Part shown: positions 26,775 to 34,983 of the stretch, piece after piece | Position numbering within the stretch: the stretch's first letter is position 1 | Layout of the letters: each line of letters opens with the position of its first letter | Assembly: GCA_048884945.1 (NCBI GenBank) | Contig: JBHLQJ010000003.1 | Span: 1 to 34,983 of the forward strand | Reading direction: 5' to 3' | DNA: 34,983 bases | DNA from: Candidatus Thorarchaeota archaeon | Lineage (GTDB): Archaea; Asgardarchaeota; Thorarchaeia; Thorarchaeales; Thorarchaeaceae | Notes under the pieces: model-generated | The model's input: only the letters and a program-made list of their open reading frames with translations | Database searches by the model: none | What the model was told of the DNA's origin: nothing | Position numbers and translations under genes: made by a program

Positions 26775-27767
26775 ATGTCCTTCAAGGGTCCAGATATTAT
26801 CATCATTGAGGAAGGAGCCCTAAGTGAGCTTCAACTACTGATGAAGGACTATTCCAATCCTATCTGCGTGACTGATGAACTGATTCATTCGCAATATTCT
26901 AAACGTTTAGAGAGTGCAATTGGAAAACCTTGCAGATGGTTATTTGCTTCCACATATCGGGCTGATACTAATACTGTTCTTGGGAAAGTCGATATCGTGT
27001 TAGGGTTTGGGGGAGGAAGCAGTCTAGATGTAGCTAAACTGATCTCTCGAGATACTGGTATCAACTGGATATCAATACCAACAGCAGCATCTCACGATGG
27101 GATAGCAAGCGAGGTTGCATCTGTCAGTCACAATGGCTACAAATATTCGGAAAAGTGCAAGGGACCTCTTGCAGTCATTGCAGACACTTCAATCATCTCA
27201 AGAGCACCACCTAGATTGAAACTTGCAGGGCTCGGAGACGTAATCTGTAAGGCCTCTAGTTTAGCGGAATGGAAATTAGCTCATGAAATAAAGAATGAGC
27301 CTTTTGACGACATGGTCTATGTGATGGTACAGAAGGCGTTGGATTCTATACTAGTGAGCGATGATCTTGAAACCCTAATAAGTGCTGAAATCGAAGCAGG
27401 CCGTGCTATGAGTATTTTTGGAAGTTCACGACCTTGCTCTGGAACTGAACACGCTATTTCTCATGCCATGGATAGAAACAATGCTGAATTGCATGGATTA
27501 CAGGTCGCATTCGCCACACCACTTTGTCTTCATTATCTTCTAGAAACTGGATGTACAGAGTACAAACCGGGCGATATGATGACTTTCATGTCGGAGAGAG
27601 GAATGCCAACTACATTATCAGGGATGAAGATTAGTGAAGACCAGTTTATTGATAGTATACATCATGGGCTTAACATTATGGAGAAGAGGAAAAGATATTC
27701 TGTCTTAAGCCACCTGCATGTTGATGATGCATCGCTAAGGTCAGTAATGAAAGATTTGGGGTATTGA
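26775..27767 (+). CDS. egsA: sn-glycerol-1-phosphate dehydrogenase
   Basis: 'GGGSSLDVAK', 'PTAASHDGIAS', 'SRPCSGTEHAISH', 'HGLQV'. Confidence 0.93.
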   Translation: MSFKGPDIIIIEEGALSELQLLMKDYSNPICVTDELIHSQYSKRLESAIGKPCRWLFASTYRADTNTVLGKVDIVLGFGGGSSLDVAKLISRDTGINWISIPTAASHDGIASEVASVSHNGYKYSEKCKGPLAVIADTSIISRAPPRLKLAGLGDVICKASSLAEWKLAHEIKNEPFDDMVYVMVQKALDSILVSDDLETLISAEIEAGRAMSIFGSSRPCSGTEHAISHAMDRNNAELHGLQVAFATPLCLHYLLETGCTEYKPGDMMTFMSERGMPTTLSGMKISEDQFIDSIHHGLNIMEKRKRYSVLSHLHVDDASLRSVMKDLGY

Positions 27768-27854
27768 CATACCAACCACTTCGACAGTTTTAAAAGAAGT
27801 TAGATTGACGACGCAGAGGAACCTATCCTTCGTAGGAGAGGTCAAGTTTGCAAA

Positions 27855-27880
27855 TACCGATGAAGAACTAAACTGAGGTA
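27855..27880 (+). promoter_or_regulatory. Kink-turn in the 5' UTR of rpl7ae overlapping the SD sequence
   Basis: UACC-GAU-GA-AG-(AACUAAA)-CU-GA-GGUA: C stem, 3-nt bulge and tandem G.A pairs; 7 nt upstream of ATG 27888. Confidence 0.8.
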
Positions 27881-27887
27881 GAAAACA

Positions 27888-28259
27888 ATGCCAAAGCCAA
27901 GTTTTGTTGAATGGGAGCCTACTGAGGAACTTCAGAAGAAAGCCCTCGATGCTCTAGAAATAGCCAAAGACACGGGTCGTATCAAGAAAGGTATCAATGA
28001 AGCGACAAAGAGTATTGAGCGTGGTATAGCACGTTTAGTAATAGTTGCTGAGGATGTTGAGCCTCAAGAAGTAATCATGTACTTACCTGGTCTTTGTGAC
28101 GATAAGAAAGCTCCTTACATCTTTGTGAAGAGTAAGGCGGATCTTGGAAATGCTGCAGGTATAGAGCGACCTACTGCCGCTGTTGCAATCATTGTTGAAG
28201 GTAAGGCAAAAGAGCTAGTTGATGATCTTGTAGAGAAAATCAACGGTCTCCGTAAGTAA
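27888..28259 (+). CDS. rpl7ae: Ribosomal protein L7Ae (eL8)
   Basis: 'GRIKKGINEATKSIERG.A.LVIVAEDVEP', 'LGNAAGI'. Confidence 0.98.
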   Translation: MPKPSFVEWEPTEELQKKALDALEIAKDTGRIKKGINEATKSIERGIARLVIVAEDVEPQEVIMYLPGLCDDKKAPYIFVKSKADLGNAAGIERPTAAVAIIVEGKAKELVDDLVEKINGLRK

Positions 28260-28279
28260 ATTCTGGGTGATGACCGACA

Positions 28280-28507
28280 ATGAGCAAAGAAGAAGAAGAA
28301 GCAACTCCATCAATTCCTGCAGAGGTCATCCAGCTATTAGGAAGAACTGGAGTGACCGGTGAAATCACGCAAGTCCGTGTGAAGATTCTGGATGGCAGGG
28401 ACAAGGGTCGAGTCCTGACTCGGAACGTGAAAGGACCAATTAGAATGGGAGACATCCTAATCCTAAGAGAAACTGAACGTGAAGCCCGTAAGATGAGGAG
28501 GCGCTAG
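28280..28507 (+). CDS. rps28e: 30S ribosomal protein eS28
   Basis: '[14 protein letters not shown]', '[23 protein letters not shown]'. Confidence 0.98.
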   Translation: MSKEEEEATPSIPAEVIQLLGRTGVTGEITQVRVKILDGRDKGRVLTRNVKGPIRMGDILILRETEREARKMRRR

Positions 28508-28510
28508 CCA

Positions 28511-28711
28511 TTGGTAGGAACACAGAAGTGCTCGTTCTGCGGAAAGGATATTGAGCCTGGGACAGGATCTGCTTTTGTTCAAACCAAAGATGGGGCGGTT
28601 TTTTGGTTCTGCTCTAACAAGTGTAAGGTGAATAGACTCAAACTCCAGTATAAGCCGAGAGACACACGATGGACCGCAGACTATGAGAAAGGCGGCAAGA
28701 TTTCGAGATAA
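28511..28711 (+). CDS. rpl24e: 50S ribosomal protein eL24
   Basis: 'CSFCGKDIEPGTG...FCSNKC...KPR..RWT'; TTG start after GAGGAGG. Confidence 0.96.
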   Translation: MVGTQKCSFCGKDIEPGTGSAFVQTKDGAVFWFCSNKCKVNRLKLQYKPRDTRWTADYEKGGKISR

Positions 28712-28729
28712 TTCAAACGACCGTAGTGT

Positions 28730-28763
28730 GAAACCAAAGGTGGTCAATGCCACCTGAGGTTTC
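28730..28763. terminator. Stem-loop between convergent rpl24e and ndk (possible terminator or stabiliser)
   Basis: GAAACC-AA-AGGTGG-TCAATG-CCACCT-GA-GGTTTC. Confidence 0.45.
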
Positions 28764-28765
28764 CT

Positions 28766-29428
28766 CTATGCCTTTTCTACTTCTTCTTTTACAAAATCAA
28801 AGATCGCTAAAGCCAGCGCATTGATATCTTCTTGAGATATTCCTCTCGAGTCTTTTCCCAGAAAGTGAATTAAAGACTGAAGAACATCATTCGAAATGTC
28901 GCGATTCTCAATCGCGTTTTTCACAACATTTCGAATCTCCATTGTATAATCAGCATCGCCTGAGATGTATTGCTTGATGTACGCTCTAGTTTGTTCTTCT
29001 GCACCAGAGGACTCTTTGAGACCTCCTTTACCAGTCCAAAGCTCAATCTCTTTTGTAGCAGTTTCTGGAGCATCAGAAGCATGTGCAATGTTTACTCCGG
29101 CCCAAATACCATACTTACCCCGAAGAGATGTGGGGTCAGCCTTTTGGACAAAGGTTGCACCGAGTGCGTCGCGAACTCCCTGAATTACGTTATCACCTTC
29201 AAAAATCATGGACAGTACTGGAGCCGAAGATATGAAATCAACTAACCATGGAAAAAATAGTTTCTCTCTATGAACTGCATAGTGTAGCTTAGCTAATGAT
29301 TTCGGGACCTTCATCTCGCGAAATGCGCATATTTTGTAGCCTCGATCTAACAGGGCTTCTAGAACTAATGCGCTGACTCTTCGTCGTACTGTACCGTCTG
29401 GCTTAATTATTACTAACGAGCGTTCCAA
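28766..29428 (-). CDS. ndk: Nucleoside diphosphate kinase with C-terminal extension
   Basis: 'ERSLVIIKPDG', 'LHYAVH.EK.FF..LVDFISS.PV', 'LGAT', 'SLRG.YG', catalytic 'NIAHASD'. Confidence 0.92.
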   Translation of the reverse strand: MERSLVIIKPDGTVRRRVSALVLEALLDRGYKICAFREMKVPKSLAKLHYAVHREKLFFPWLVDFISSAPVLSMIFEGDNVIQGVRDALGATFVQKADPTSLRGKYGIWAGVNIAHASDAPETATKEIELWTGKGGLKESSGAEEQTRAYIKQYISGDADYTMEIRNVVKNAIENRDISNDVLQSLIHFLGKDSRGISQEDINALALAIFDFVKEEVEKA

Positions 29429-29592
29429 ATTATTTCACCTATTGCTCTACGGGATACATGAATTCTGTATCTACATCTTTCGCGGGAAAATGCAAGAATA
29501 TAACACATTTCATTCGACGTACTTTGGTAAAAACGACACTTTCATAACTATAACTCGGTGTCCAACAGCCAATTCCTTGTGAGGTGCCAGCC

Positions 29593-31374
29593 ATGACAAG
29601 TAAAGCCAAGTTACGTTCCCCAATCGTCACTGTCTTAGGACATATTGATCATGGAAAAACCTCTTTACTTGACAAGATGCGAGGAACAGGAGTTCAAGAG
29701 AGAGAGGTTGGTGGCATCACTCAGCACATTGGTGCTTCATTCTTTCCGACTGAAACAATCCTTTCGATTTGTGGAAATCTACTAAAAACTGTTAACACAG
29801 AACTGACTATTGATGGACTACTGTTTATTGACACACCTGGTCATGAAGCATATCTTAACCTCAGAAGACGGGGTGGTGCAATAGCAGACATAGCAATTCT
29901 TGTAATTGACATCAATGAGGGGCCACTTACCCAGTCATACGAGTCGCTCAAAATCCTACAATCCGGGAAGACTCCATTTCTTATAGCAGCAAATAAGCTT
30001 GACAAGGTTCCTGGCTGGCGAGAAAAACCCGGGATGACTCTTTTCGAAGCGATTAAGGCACAGAGTCAAACAGTGCAGAATGAGATTGATAGAAGACTCT
30101 ATGAGATTGTAGGAGCTCTCTCTGCTAATAATATTCAATCAGAACGATTTGATCGTGTGAAAGACTTCAGAAAAACCGTAGCAATCGTCCCAACTAGTGC
30201 CAAGACAGGAGATGGAATTGCTGAGCTCCTGATGGTCCTCTCAGGGCTGACTCAGCAATATATGAAAGAGCGGTTGAGAATATCCGAAGGTCCAGCGAGA
30301 GGTGCCATTCTGGAGGTACGAGAGGAAACGGGATTAGGTATCACCCTAGACACAATAATTTACGAAGGTATACTCAAGAAGACTGACACAGTAGTGATTG
30401 GTGGACTTGATGATGTAATTGTAGCTAAAATCAGAGCCTTGTTATTACCAAAGCCACTAGATGAGATTAGAGACCCGAAGGAGAAATTTACTCATGTAGA
30501 CAAGGTTCATGCAGCAGCTGGTGTTAAAATTGTGTCACCAGATATAGAAGGAGCTGTTGCTGGTGCTCCAGTATATGCAGTTACAGACTTGGAGAATCTA
30601 GAAAAAATAAAACAAAAAGTCAGAGATGAAGTCGGAGCAATACGAATTCAAACGGACAAGTCAGGAGTTGTTTTAAAGACAGATACATTGGGCTCTTTGG
30701 AGGCTGTGACTCGATTTTTGCAAGAACGAAAGGTTCCTGTGAGAGCTGCTGATGTGGGACCCATTGTAAAACGAGATGTCATTGAGGCTCAAGCATCTGG
30801 TGACACAGACCCTCTAAATGCTGTGGTTCTTGGGTTCAATGTCAAGTTCGCACCAGACATTGAAGATTTGGCTGCAGAGTTAGGTGTTGAGGTTTTCTTG
30901 AATCAGGTAATTTATCGACTCTATGATGAGTATAATGCTTGGTTAATTGTGAAAAGAGAGCAGGCAAAAGCAGAGTCTCTTAGCTCCATCATTCGACCAG
31001 GAAAAATCGAGTTAATGCCGGATTATGTGTTTAGACATAGCAATCCAGCTGTTGTTGGTGTTAGGGTTCATGGTATTATTAAACCAAGAACTGGATTGAT
31101 CAATGAAGAGGGAAAGCGAGTTGGTACAATCCTTCAGATTCAGGACAGAAGCGTGAATATAGAAGAGGCTACAGATGGGATGGAGGTAGCTGTATCGATT
31201 CGAGGCCCTACAATTGGGCGACAAGTGAAGAATACGGATGTTCTGTACACTGATGTTCCTGACAAACACATAATGGTAATCAGAAAGAAGTTCTTGGATG
31301 ATCTTTCACCAGCAGAAAAAGACGTACTTGAAGAACTGACCACTATCAAAAGAGCCAGCGGGGCTTTTGTTTGA
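29593..31374 (+). CDS. infB: Translation initiation factor aIF5B (IF-2)
   Basis: 'RSPIVTVLGHIDHGKT', 'GGITQHIGA', 'DTPGHEA', 'NKLD', 'DTLGSLEA'. ATG 29593 follows GAGGTG. Confidence 0.98.
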   Translation: MTSKAKLRSPIVTVLGHIDHGKTSLLDKMRGTGVQEREVGGITQHIGASFFPTETILSICGNLLKTVNTELTIDGLLFIDTPGHEAYLNLRRRGGAIADIAILVIDINEGPLTQSYESLKILQSGKTPFLIAANKLDKVPGWREKPGMTLFEAIKAQSQTVQNEIDRRLYEIVGALSANNIQSERFDRVKDFRKTVAIVPTSAKTGDGIAELLMVLSGLTQQYMKERLRISEGPARGAILEVREETGLGITLDTIIYEGILKKTDTVVIGGLDDVIVAKIRALLLPKPLDEIRDPKEKFTHVDKVHAAAGVKIVSPDIEGAVAGAPVYAVTDLENLEKIKQKVRDEVGAIRIQTDKSGVVLKTDTLGSLEAVTRFLQERKVPVRAADVGPIVKRDVIEAQASGDTDPLNAVVLGFNVKFAPDIEDLAAELGVEVFLNQVIYRLYDEYNAWLIVKREQAKAESLSSIIRPGKIELMPDYVFRHSNPAVVGVRVHGIIKPRTGLINEEGKRVGTILQIQDRSVNIEEATDGMEVAVSIRGPTIGRQVKNTDVLYTDVPDKHIMVIRKKFLDDLSPAEKDVLEELTTIKRASGAFV

Positions 31375-31423
31375 ACATTGTTTCCCATTGACAACGTTTT
31401 TAGGCACTTCGGAGAAAATCACC

Positions 31424-31740
31424 GATGCAGCGGGCAGGATGGGCCGTTTGCCGCGGCTGAAACCACATGGCACTAGTGGCATCAGTAACCCCGTGGAGGA
31501 TGAAACCCAACTGCGGCGAGTTTCGCTGTGGGACCATGATTGGCAGTCTCTGGAGTCTGTCACGAACAAAGCAACATTCGTAGGTTTGTTGTGATTGTCT
31601 TAGACTTCCGAACCGGGTCAGGCCCTGGCGGGAACAGCCCTAAGGATGAGTGGTGGAGCCCCAGAGGTAGCTGCCATGAGAAACGCAACGAGCCAACTCA
31701 CTGTGGGAAGGACATTCGATACATAGGGATCCGCTGCACC
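31424..31740 (+). ncRNA. ffs: Archaeal SRP (7S) RNA with non-canonical loops
   Basis: Ends pair (TGCAGCGG/CCGCTGCA, helix 1); ~317 nt; helix 5 segments TGGCAG/CTGCCA and CTCTGG/CCAGAG; helix 8 'GAACCGGGTCAGGCCC-TGGC-GGGAACAGCCC'; TATA-like TTTTTA ~25 nt upstream. Confidence 0.87.
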
Positions 31741-31815
31741 TCTTCCTTCCCAGTTATCATAAAATGATAATCTACGGTAATGTTTAAGAGAAAATTCTAG
31801 TCCGCAAAGCACCAA

Positions 31816-31927
31816 GCTGGGGTATCCAAGCTTGGTATGGAGCTGGATTGCTATAGGCAACTGTTAGCAGTCCTGCAAACATCCAGTGTCGTAAGACTCG
31901 AGGGTTCAAATCCCTCCCCCAGCGCCA
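31816..31927 (+). tRNA. tRNA-Ser (anticodon GCT) with a 27-nt intron at 37/38 (31854-31880)
   Basis: Acceptor GCTGGGG/CCCCAGC, anticodon stem CTGGA/TCCAG, variable arm GTC-GTAA-GAC, T arm GAGGG-TTCAAAT-CCCTC, G73, CCA. BHB motif: TTGC/GCAA helix with TAT and ACA bulges. Confidence 0.95.
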
Positions 31928-31937
31928 ATATTCATTT

Positions 31938-32360
31938 TCATAATTTCAGGTGAAGACGCGTATCACAGAATGGACACAGAATAATATCCACATCCACTGG
32001 AGTGGCATTCACATAATTGAATTGATTACCACAATTGGGGCATCTGAAAATTTCAGAGTTTGGAGTTGCCTGAGCTGGTAGAGCATGTTTTCTCATAGAC
32101 TCCAAAATTCTTTCATCTTCTGAAACATTTGTTGGTGTAATAGGTCTACCTTTAGCCCACTGATATGCTGCATAGAGTCCGAAGACCACTATCGGGGTAT
32201 AGATGAACATGTAGAATGGTATCAATTCAAGCGGCAATATCATAGTTATACCAATCACACCAAGGGGTCCGAGAATGAGAAGCAAAAGAACTACTAACCA
32301 TCTCCCACTAGATGGCCTAGCTTCTTGTTGGTATGGATCATAATAGTCATCATTCATCAT
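31938..32360 (-). CDS. Two-TM membrane protein with C-terminal Zn ribbon
   Basis: Two hydrophobic helices, then CPNC...CPFC. Start set at ATG 32360. Confidence 0.75.
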   Translation of the reverse strand: MMNDDYYDPYQQEARPSSGRWLVVLLLLILGPLGVIGITMILPLELIPFYMFIYTPIVVFGLYAAYQWAKGRPITPTNVSEDERILESMRKHALPAQATPNSEIFRCPNCGNQFNYVNATPVDVDIILCPFCDTRLHLKL

Positions 32361-32488
32361 GTTGTGCACTCTGCTACAAACTACTATACAAGCCCTTCTA
32401 ACCTCTTCTATCGTACATCTATAAAGTGAAATCCAAAATAGAGAGGGAACACGGGCCATGTAGGCCCGGTTCTAAAATCTTGAAAATT

Positions 32489-33790
32489 CTATCTTGCTGT
32501 GACTTTCTGGACAATACCAACAGCCACAGTCATTCCCATATCACGAACAGCAAACCTACCGAGCTGGGGGAAGTCCTTGTAGCTCTCAATGACCATAGGC
32601 TTCAGAGGAACCAGTTTTGCAATCATGGACTCGCCTTTCTTGACAAAGTCTGGGTTCTCTTCTATGACTTGGCCACTTCGCTGATCAAGCTTCTGGAGGA
32701 TTTGGTCGAACCTGCATGCAACTTGAGCAGTGTGAGCATGAATAACTGGAGTGTAACCAACTGTGATAGCACTGGGGTGTTGAATAACCATCACCTGACC
32801 GGTATAGTCAGTAGCTACTGTGGGTGGATTGTCAGTGGGACCAGCCACATCACCACGACCAAGATCTTTCCTCTCGATACCTCGCACATTGAAACCAATA
32901 TTATCACCGGGTACTGCTTCTGGCAACATCTCATGATGCATCTCGATGGACTTGACCTCTCCGGTCTTGTTCGGAGGCATAAAGACGATTTTCATTCCAG
33001 TCTTCATGACACCGGTTTCGACACGACCAACTGGTACAGTACCAACACCCTTGATTGAATACACATCATTGATAGGTACTCGTAGGGGTTTGTCAGTGGG
33101 CTTTGGTGGAAGCTCAACTAGGTCGAGTGCCTCGAGAAGAGCGGGACCATCATACCATGGTGTTATTTTTGGAGTCCTTTCCTTTAGGTTAGCAGCATCA
33201 AGAGCTGAGGTCGGAATGAATGGAATCTGGTCAAGTTTGTAACCGATGCTCTTTAGGAATCCACCTACTTCTTCCTTGACCTCTTTGTATCTGTCTTCGC
33301 TGTACTTAACACTATCATCATCCATCTTGTTGATACAAACTATGAGGCTTGGCACGCCAAGTGTCATAGCTAGGTAAGCATGCTCCTTAGTCTGACCACC
33401 AGGACCAACTCCTGCTTCAAACTCACCTTTCTTTGCAGACACAACAAGCAGACCAACATCAGCCTGTGAGGCTCCAGTGATCATGTTCTTGATGAAGTCT
33501 TTATGTCCAGGAGCGTCAATGATGGTGTAATAGTACTTGTCAGTTAGGAACTTGAAGAAGGCGATGTCAATAGTCAGACCTCGCTCTCGCTCTTCCTTCA
33601 GACGGTCCAGCGCAAAAGCCCATGCCCAGCTGGGCCGCCCAAGTTTCTCTGCTTCGGCCTTATGCTGTTGGAAAGTACGCTCGTCAACAGCGCCTGTTTC
33701 GTATAGGAGGCGACCTGTCATGGTGGACTTACCATGGTCGACGTGACCAATGACTACCAGATTCAGGTGCTCCTTATCTTTCTTGGACAA
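32489..33790 (-). CDS. tuf: Elongation factor 1-alpha
   Basis: 'GHVDHGKST', 'ERERGLTID', '[20 protein letters not shown]', 'NKMD', '[10 protein letters not shown]'; TTG start after AGGAG. Confidence 0.99.
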   Translation of the reverse strand: MSKKDKEHLNLVVIGHVDHGKSTMTGRLLYETGAVDERTFQQHKAEAEKLGRPSWAWAFALDRLKEERERGLTIDIAFFKFLTDKYYYTIIDAPGHKDFIKNMITGASQADVGLLVVSAKKGEFEAGVGPGGQTKEHAYLAMTLGVPSLIVCINKMDDDSVKYSEDRYKEVKEEVGGFLKSIGYKLDQIPFIPTSALDAANLKERTPKITPWYDGPALLEALDLVELPPKPTDKPLRVPINDVYSIKGVGTVPVGRVETGVMKTGMKIVFMPPNKTGEVKSIEMHHEMLPEAVPGDNIGFNVRGIERKDLGRGDVAGPTDNPPTVATDYTGQVMVIQHPSAITVGYTPVIHAHTAQVACRFDQILQKLDQRSGQVIEENPDFVKKGESMIAKLVPLKPMVIESYKDFPQLGRFAVRDMGMTVAVGIVQKVTAR

Positions 33791-33953
33791 GGCATTATTC
33801 TCCTTATTTTATGTTAGTCGGTCCCCTAAGGTGGGAACCTGCTTGGCTCTCACCTTTTGGGATGCTTTTAATCGTTTCGACAGGTTCACTCGACCATTGG
33901 AGAAAAGAGCCCTCAATACAATAATAATAGGCGAATAGTTTTACTAGAAGTTG

Positions 33954-34346
33954 CTATCCTACAAGGTCAGGTATAGAATCTGGTTTTTCTTTCAAATCTT
34001 GCAGATTCTCTAACGGAATCCATCCTTCTTCTCCTAGTGGAGTTCGCACCCAAGCCCAACCACTCTCTTCATCCAGAACAATGACTTCTTTGCCTGCTTC
34101 AACTGTCAGCTCTCGTGCGTTGTAGTCCTGAAGAAACTGATACTGTCCTGATTTTGATGTGGATTCAAGGTATGTTTTTGGTACCCATCCATGAACTCCA
34201 GAACTATTGCGGCACCAGAGCCATCCCTTGAACTCGGTTTCTCGCTCCTCTCCCTCAACCAACTCCCCTTTCTTGGCAAGCAATGGGACTTGAAACTCAT
34301 TTTTGTGATTCTTGATCACTTTTAGTATCTTCATGGCTTCACTCAC
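33954..34346 (-). CDS. Tandem SH3-domain protein
   Basis: Two repeats: 'LLAKKGELV...GWLWCR..GVHGWVPKTYL' and 'DYNARELTVEAGKEV...SGWAWVR...EGWIPLENL'. Confidence 0.85.
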   Translation of the reverse strand: MSEAMKILKVIKNHKNEFQVPLLAKKGELVEGEERETEFKGWLWCRNSSGVHGWVPKTYLESTSKSGQYQFLQDYNARELTVEAGKEVIVLDEESGWAWVRTPLGEEGWIPLENLQDLKEKPDSIPDLVG

Positions 34347-34879
34347 TGAACAAGTTCTTTAATCCAATCACGTATCATGTCCCAATCACGAAAATCAATC
34401 TTTTCGGGAACGTCCTCACCGGGTGGCAACTGGCTTTTTACTATTCTCTTTACAAGTGCACGAACGACAAGATTGTATTTCTTAAACTCAAACTTACCCC
34501 CGATTAAAGCAGTCGAGATAGGGGAAAGCCCTGGATATTTCTCAGGCATACTGTCCAAGTAGTTAGCCTGTGCCTCAGCGACCTTGTCAGGATTACCTGC
34601 ATATCCACTTACAACAAAGAGCGCCACTTTGGTCTTGGAGAGGGCTTCCAGCTTCTGCTCAATGAATTGTAAAGGGCGCTTTGTCCATTGGCCAGCCTGA
34701 ATACCACTTCCTATAATTACGAGACTATATTCTTCAGGTTCAGGAAAGGGTACTTCTTTCTCAAGGTGAACAACATCTACTTGAGCTCCAAGCTCTCTAG
34801 CGGTATTACTCATCTCTTGAACTACTTCGGTAGTTGTTCCATATCGAGTTCCATAGCAAATCAGGACCTTATTCATCAT
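34343..34879 (-). CDS. Flavodoxin-domain protein (HemG-like family)
   Basis: FMN loop 'YGTRYGTT', 'VIIGSGI..GQW', C-terminal 'DFRDWDMIRDW'; its stop overlaps the SH3 ORF start by 4 nt. Confidence 0.85.
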   Translation of the reverse strand: MMNKVLICYGTRYGTTTEVVQEMSNTARELGAQVDVVHLEKEVPFPEPEEYSLVIIGSGIQAGQWTKRPLQFIEQKLEALSKTKVALFVVSGYAGNPDKVAEAQANYLDSMPEKYPGLSPISTALIGGKFEFKKYNLVVRALVKRIVKSQLPPGEDVPEKIDFRDWDMIRDWIKELVQ

Positions 34880-34926
34880 GATTAATCACAAGAAAAAAAA
34901 TCAAAGCCCCAGAAAATGGTTTCGAC

Positions 34927-34947
34927 TTGATACCGCTATAGTATCAA
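34927..34947. promoter_or_regulatory. Inverted repeat, possible transcription-factor operator upstream of the flavodoxin gene
   Basis: TTGATAC-N7-GTATCAA, perfect 7-bp arms, ~50 nt upstream of the start. Confidence 0.45.
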
Positions 34948-34983
34948 TTCGCGGATGATTTTACTAGAAGTTAGTCACTAAAT

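Larger units (their letters stand above)
33931..34972 (+). repeat. Direct repeat pair flanking the flavodoxin-SH3 genes
   Basis: GCGAATAGTTTTACTAGAAGTT (33931-33952) and GCGGATGATTTTACTAGAAGTT (34951-34972): 19/22 identical with a 14-bp perfect core. Confidence 0.6.

Noticed and set aside
28730-28763. SECIS-like hairpin implying selenocysteine recoding
   Set aside because: No AUGA/GA core and no neighbouring gene with an in-frame UGA at a Cys-like position.
31424-31740. Possible RNase P RNA or group I intron
   Set aside because: No GAGGAAAGUCC / AACAGAA P4 signatures; length, end pairing and helix 8 fit SRP RNA.
31306-31860. Four short ORFs on both strands
   Set aside because: They overlie the SRP RNA and tRNA-Ser, which explain the sequence.
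32426-33058. 210-aa plus-strand ORF
   Set aside because: Antisense shadow of the highly conserved tuf gene.
1-34983. CRISPR array, IS element or provirus
   Set aside because: No regularly spaced repeats, transposase, integrase or virion genes were seen by eye.

Overview
Gene-dense, mostly housekeeping region of an archaeal chromosome. The combination of PolD, Elf1, an Arf/Ras-like small GTPase and an SWS1-like SWIM protein suggests an Asgard archaeon, possibly Thorarchaeia (inference). It contains: replication/repair genes (radB, polD DP2, RPA, Lhr, SWIM protein, metallophosphoesterase); archaeal ether-lipid genes (carS, egsA and an mvk-UbiD-aconitase X cluster of the modified mevalonate pathway); two transcription/translation clusters (rpoD-rpl18e-rpl13-rps9-rpoN-rps2; rpl7ae-rps28e-rpl24e with an inverted ndk, then aIF5B); EF-1alpha; tRNA-Pro(CGG); an intron-containing tRNA-Ser(GCU); and the SRP RNA. 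I saw no CRISPR array, transposase, integrase or intein. The most unusual signals are non-coding or small: (i) a ~145-nt multi-stem RNA in the leader of the rpoD/r-protein operon; (ii) an SRP RNA whose helix 8 tetraloop is UGGC rather than GNRA and whose helix 6 lacks a GNAR loop; (iii) an integrase-less islet bounded by a duplicated tRNA-Pro 3' end; (iv) A37 in tRNA-Pro; (v) a K-turn over the l7ae ribosome-binding site; (vi) an unannotated 38-aa membrane microprotein; (vii) a direct repeat flanking an SH3/flavodoxin gene pair. I cannot demonstrate a new multi-gene system here. All family calls are motif recognition by eye, not database searches.
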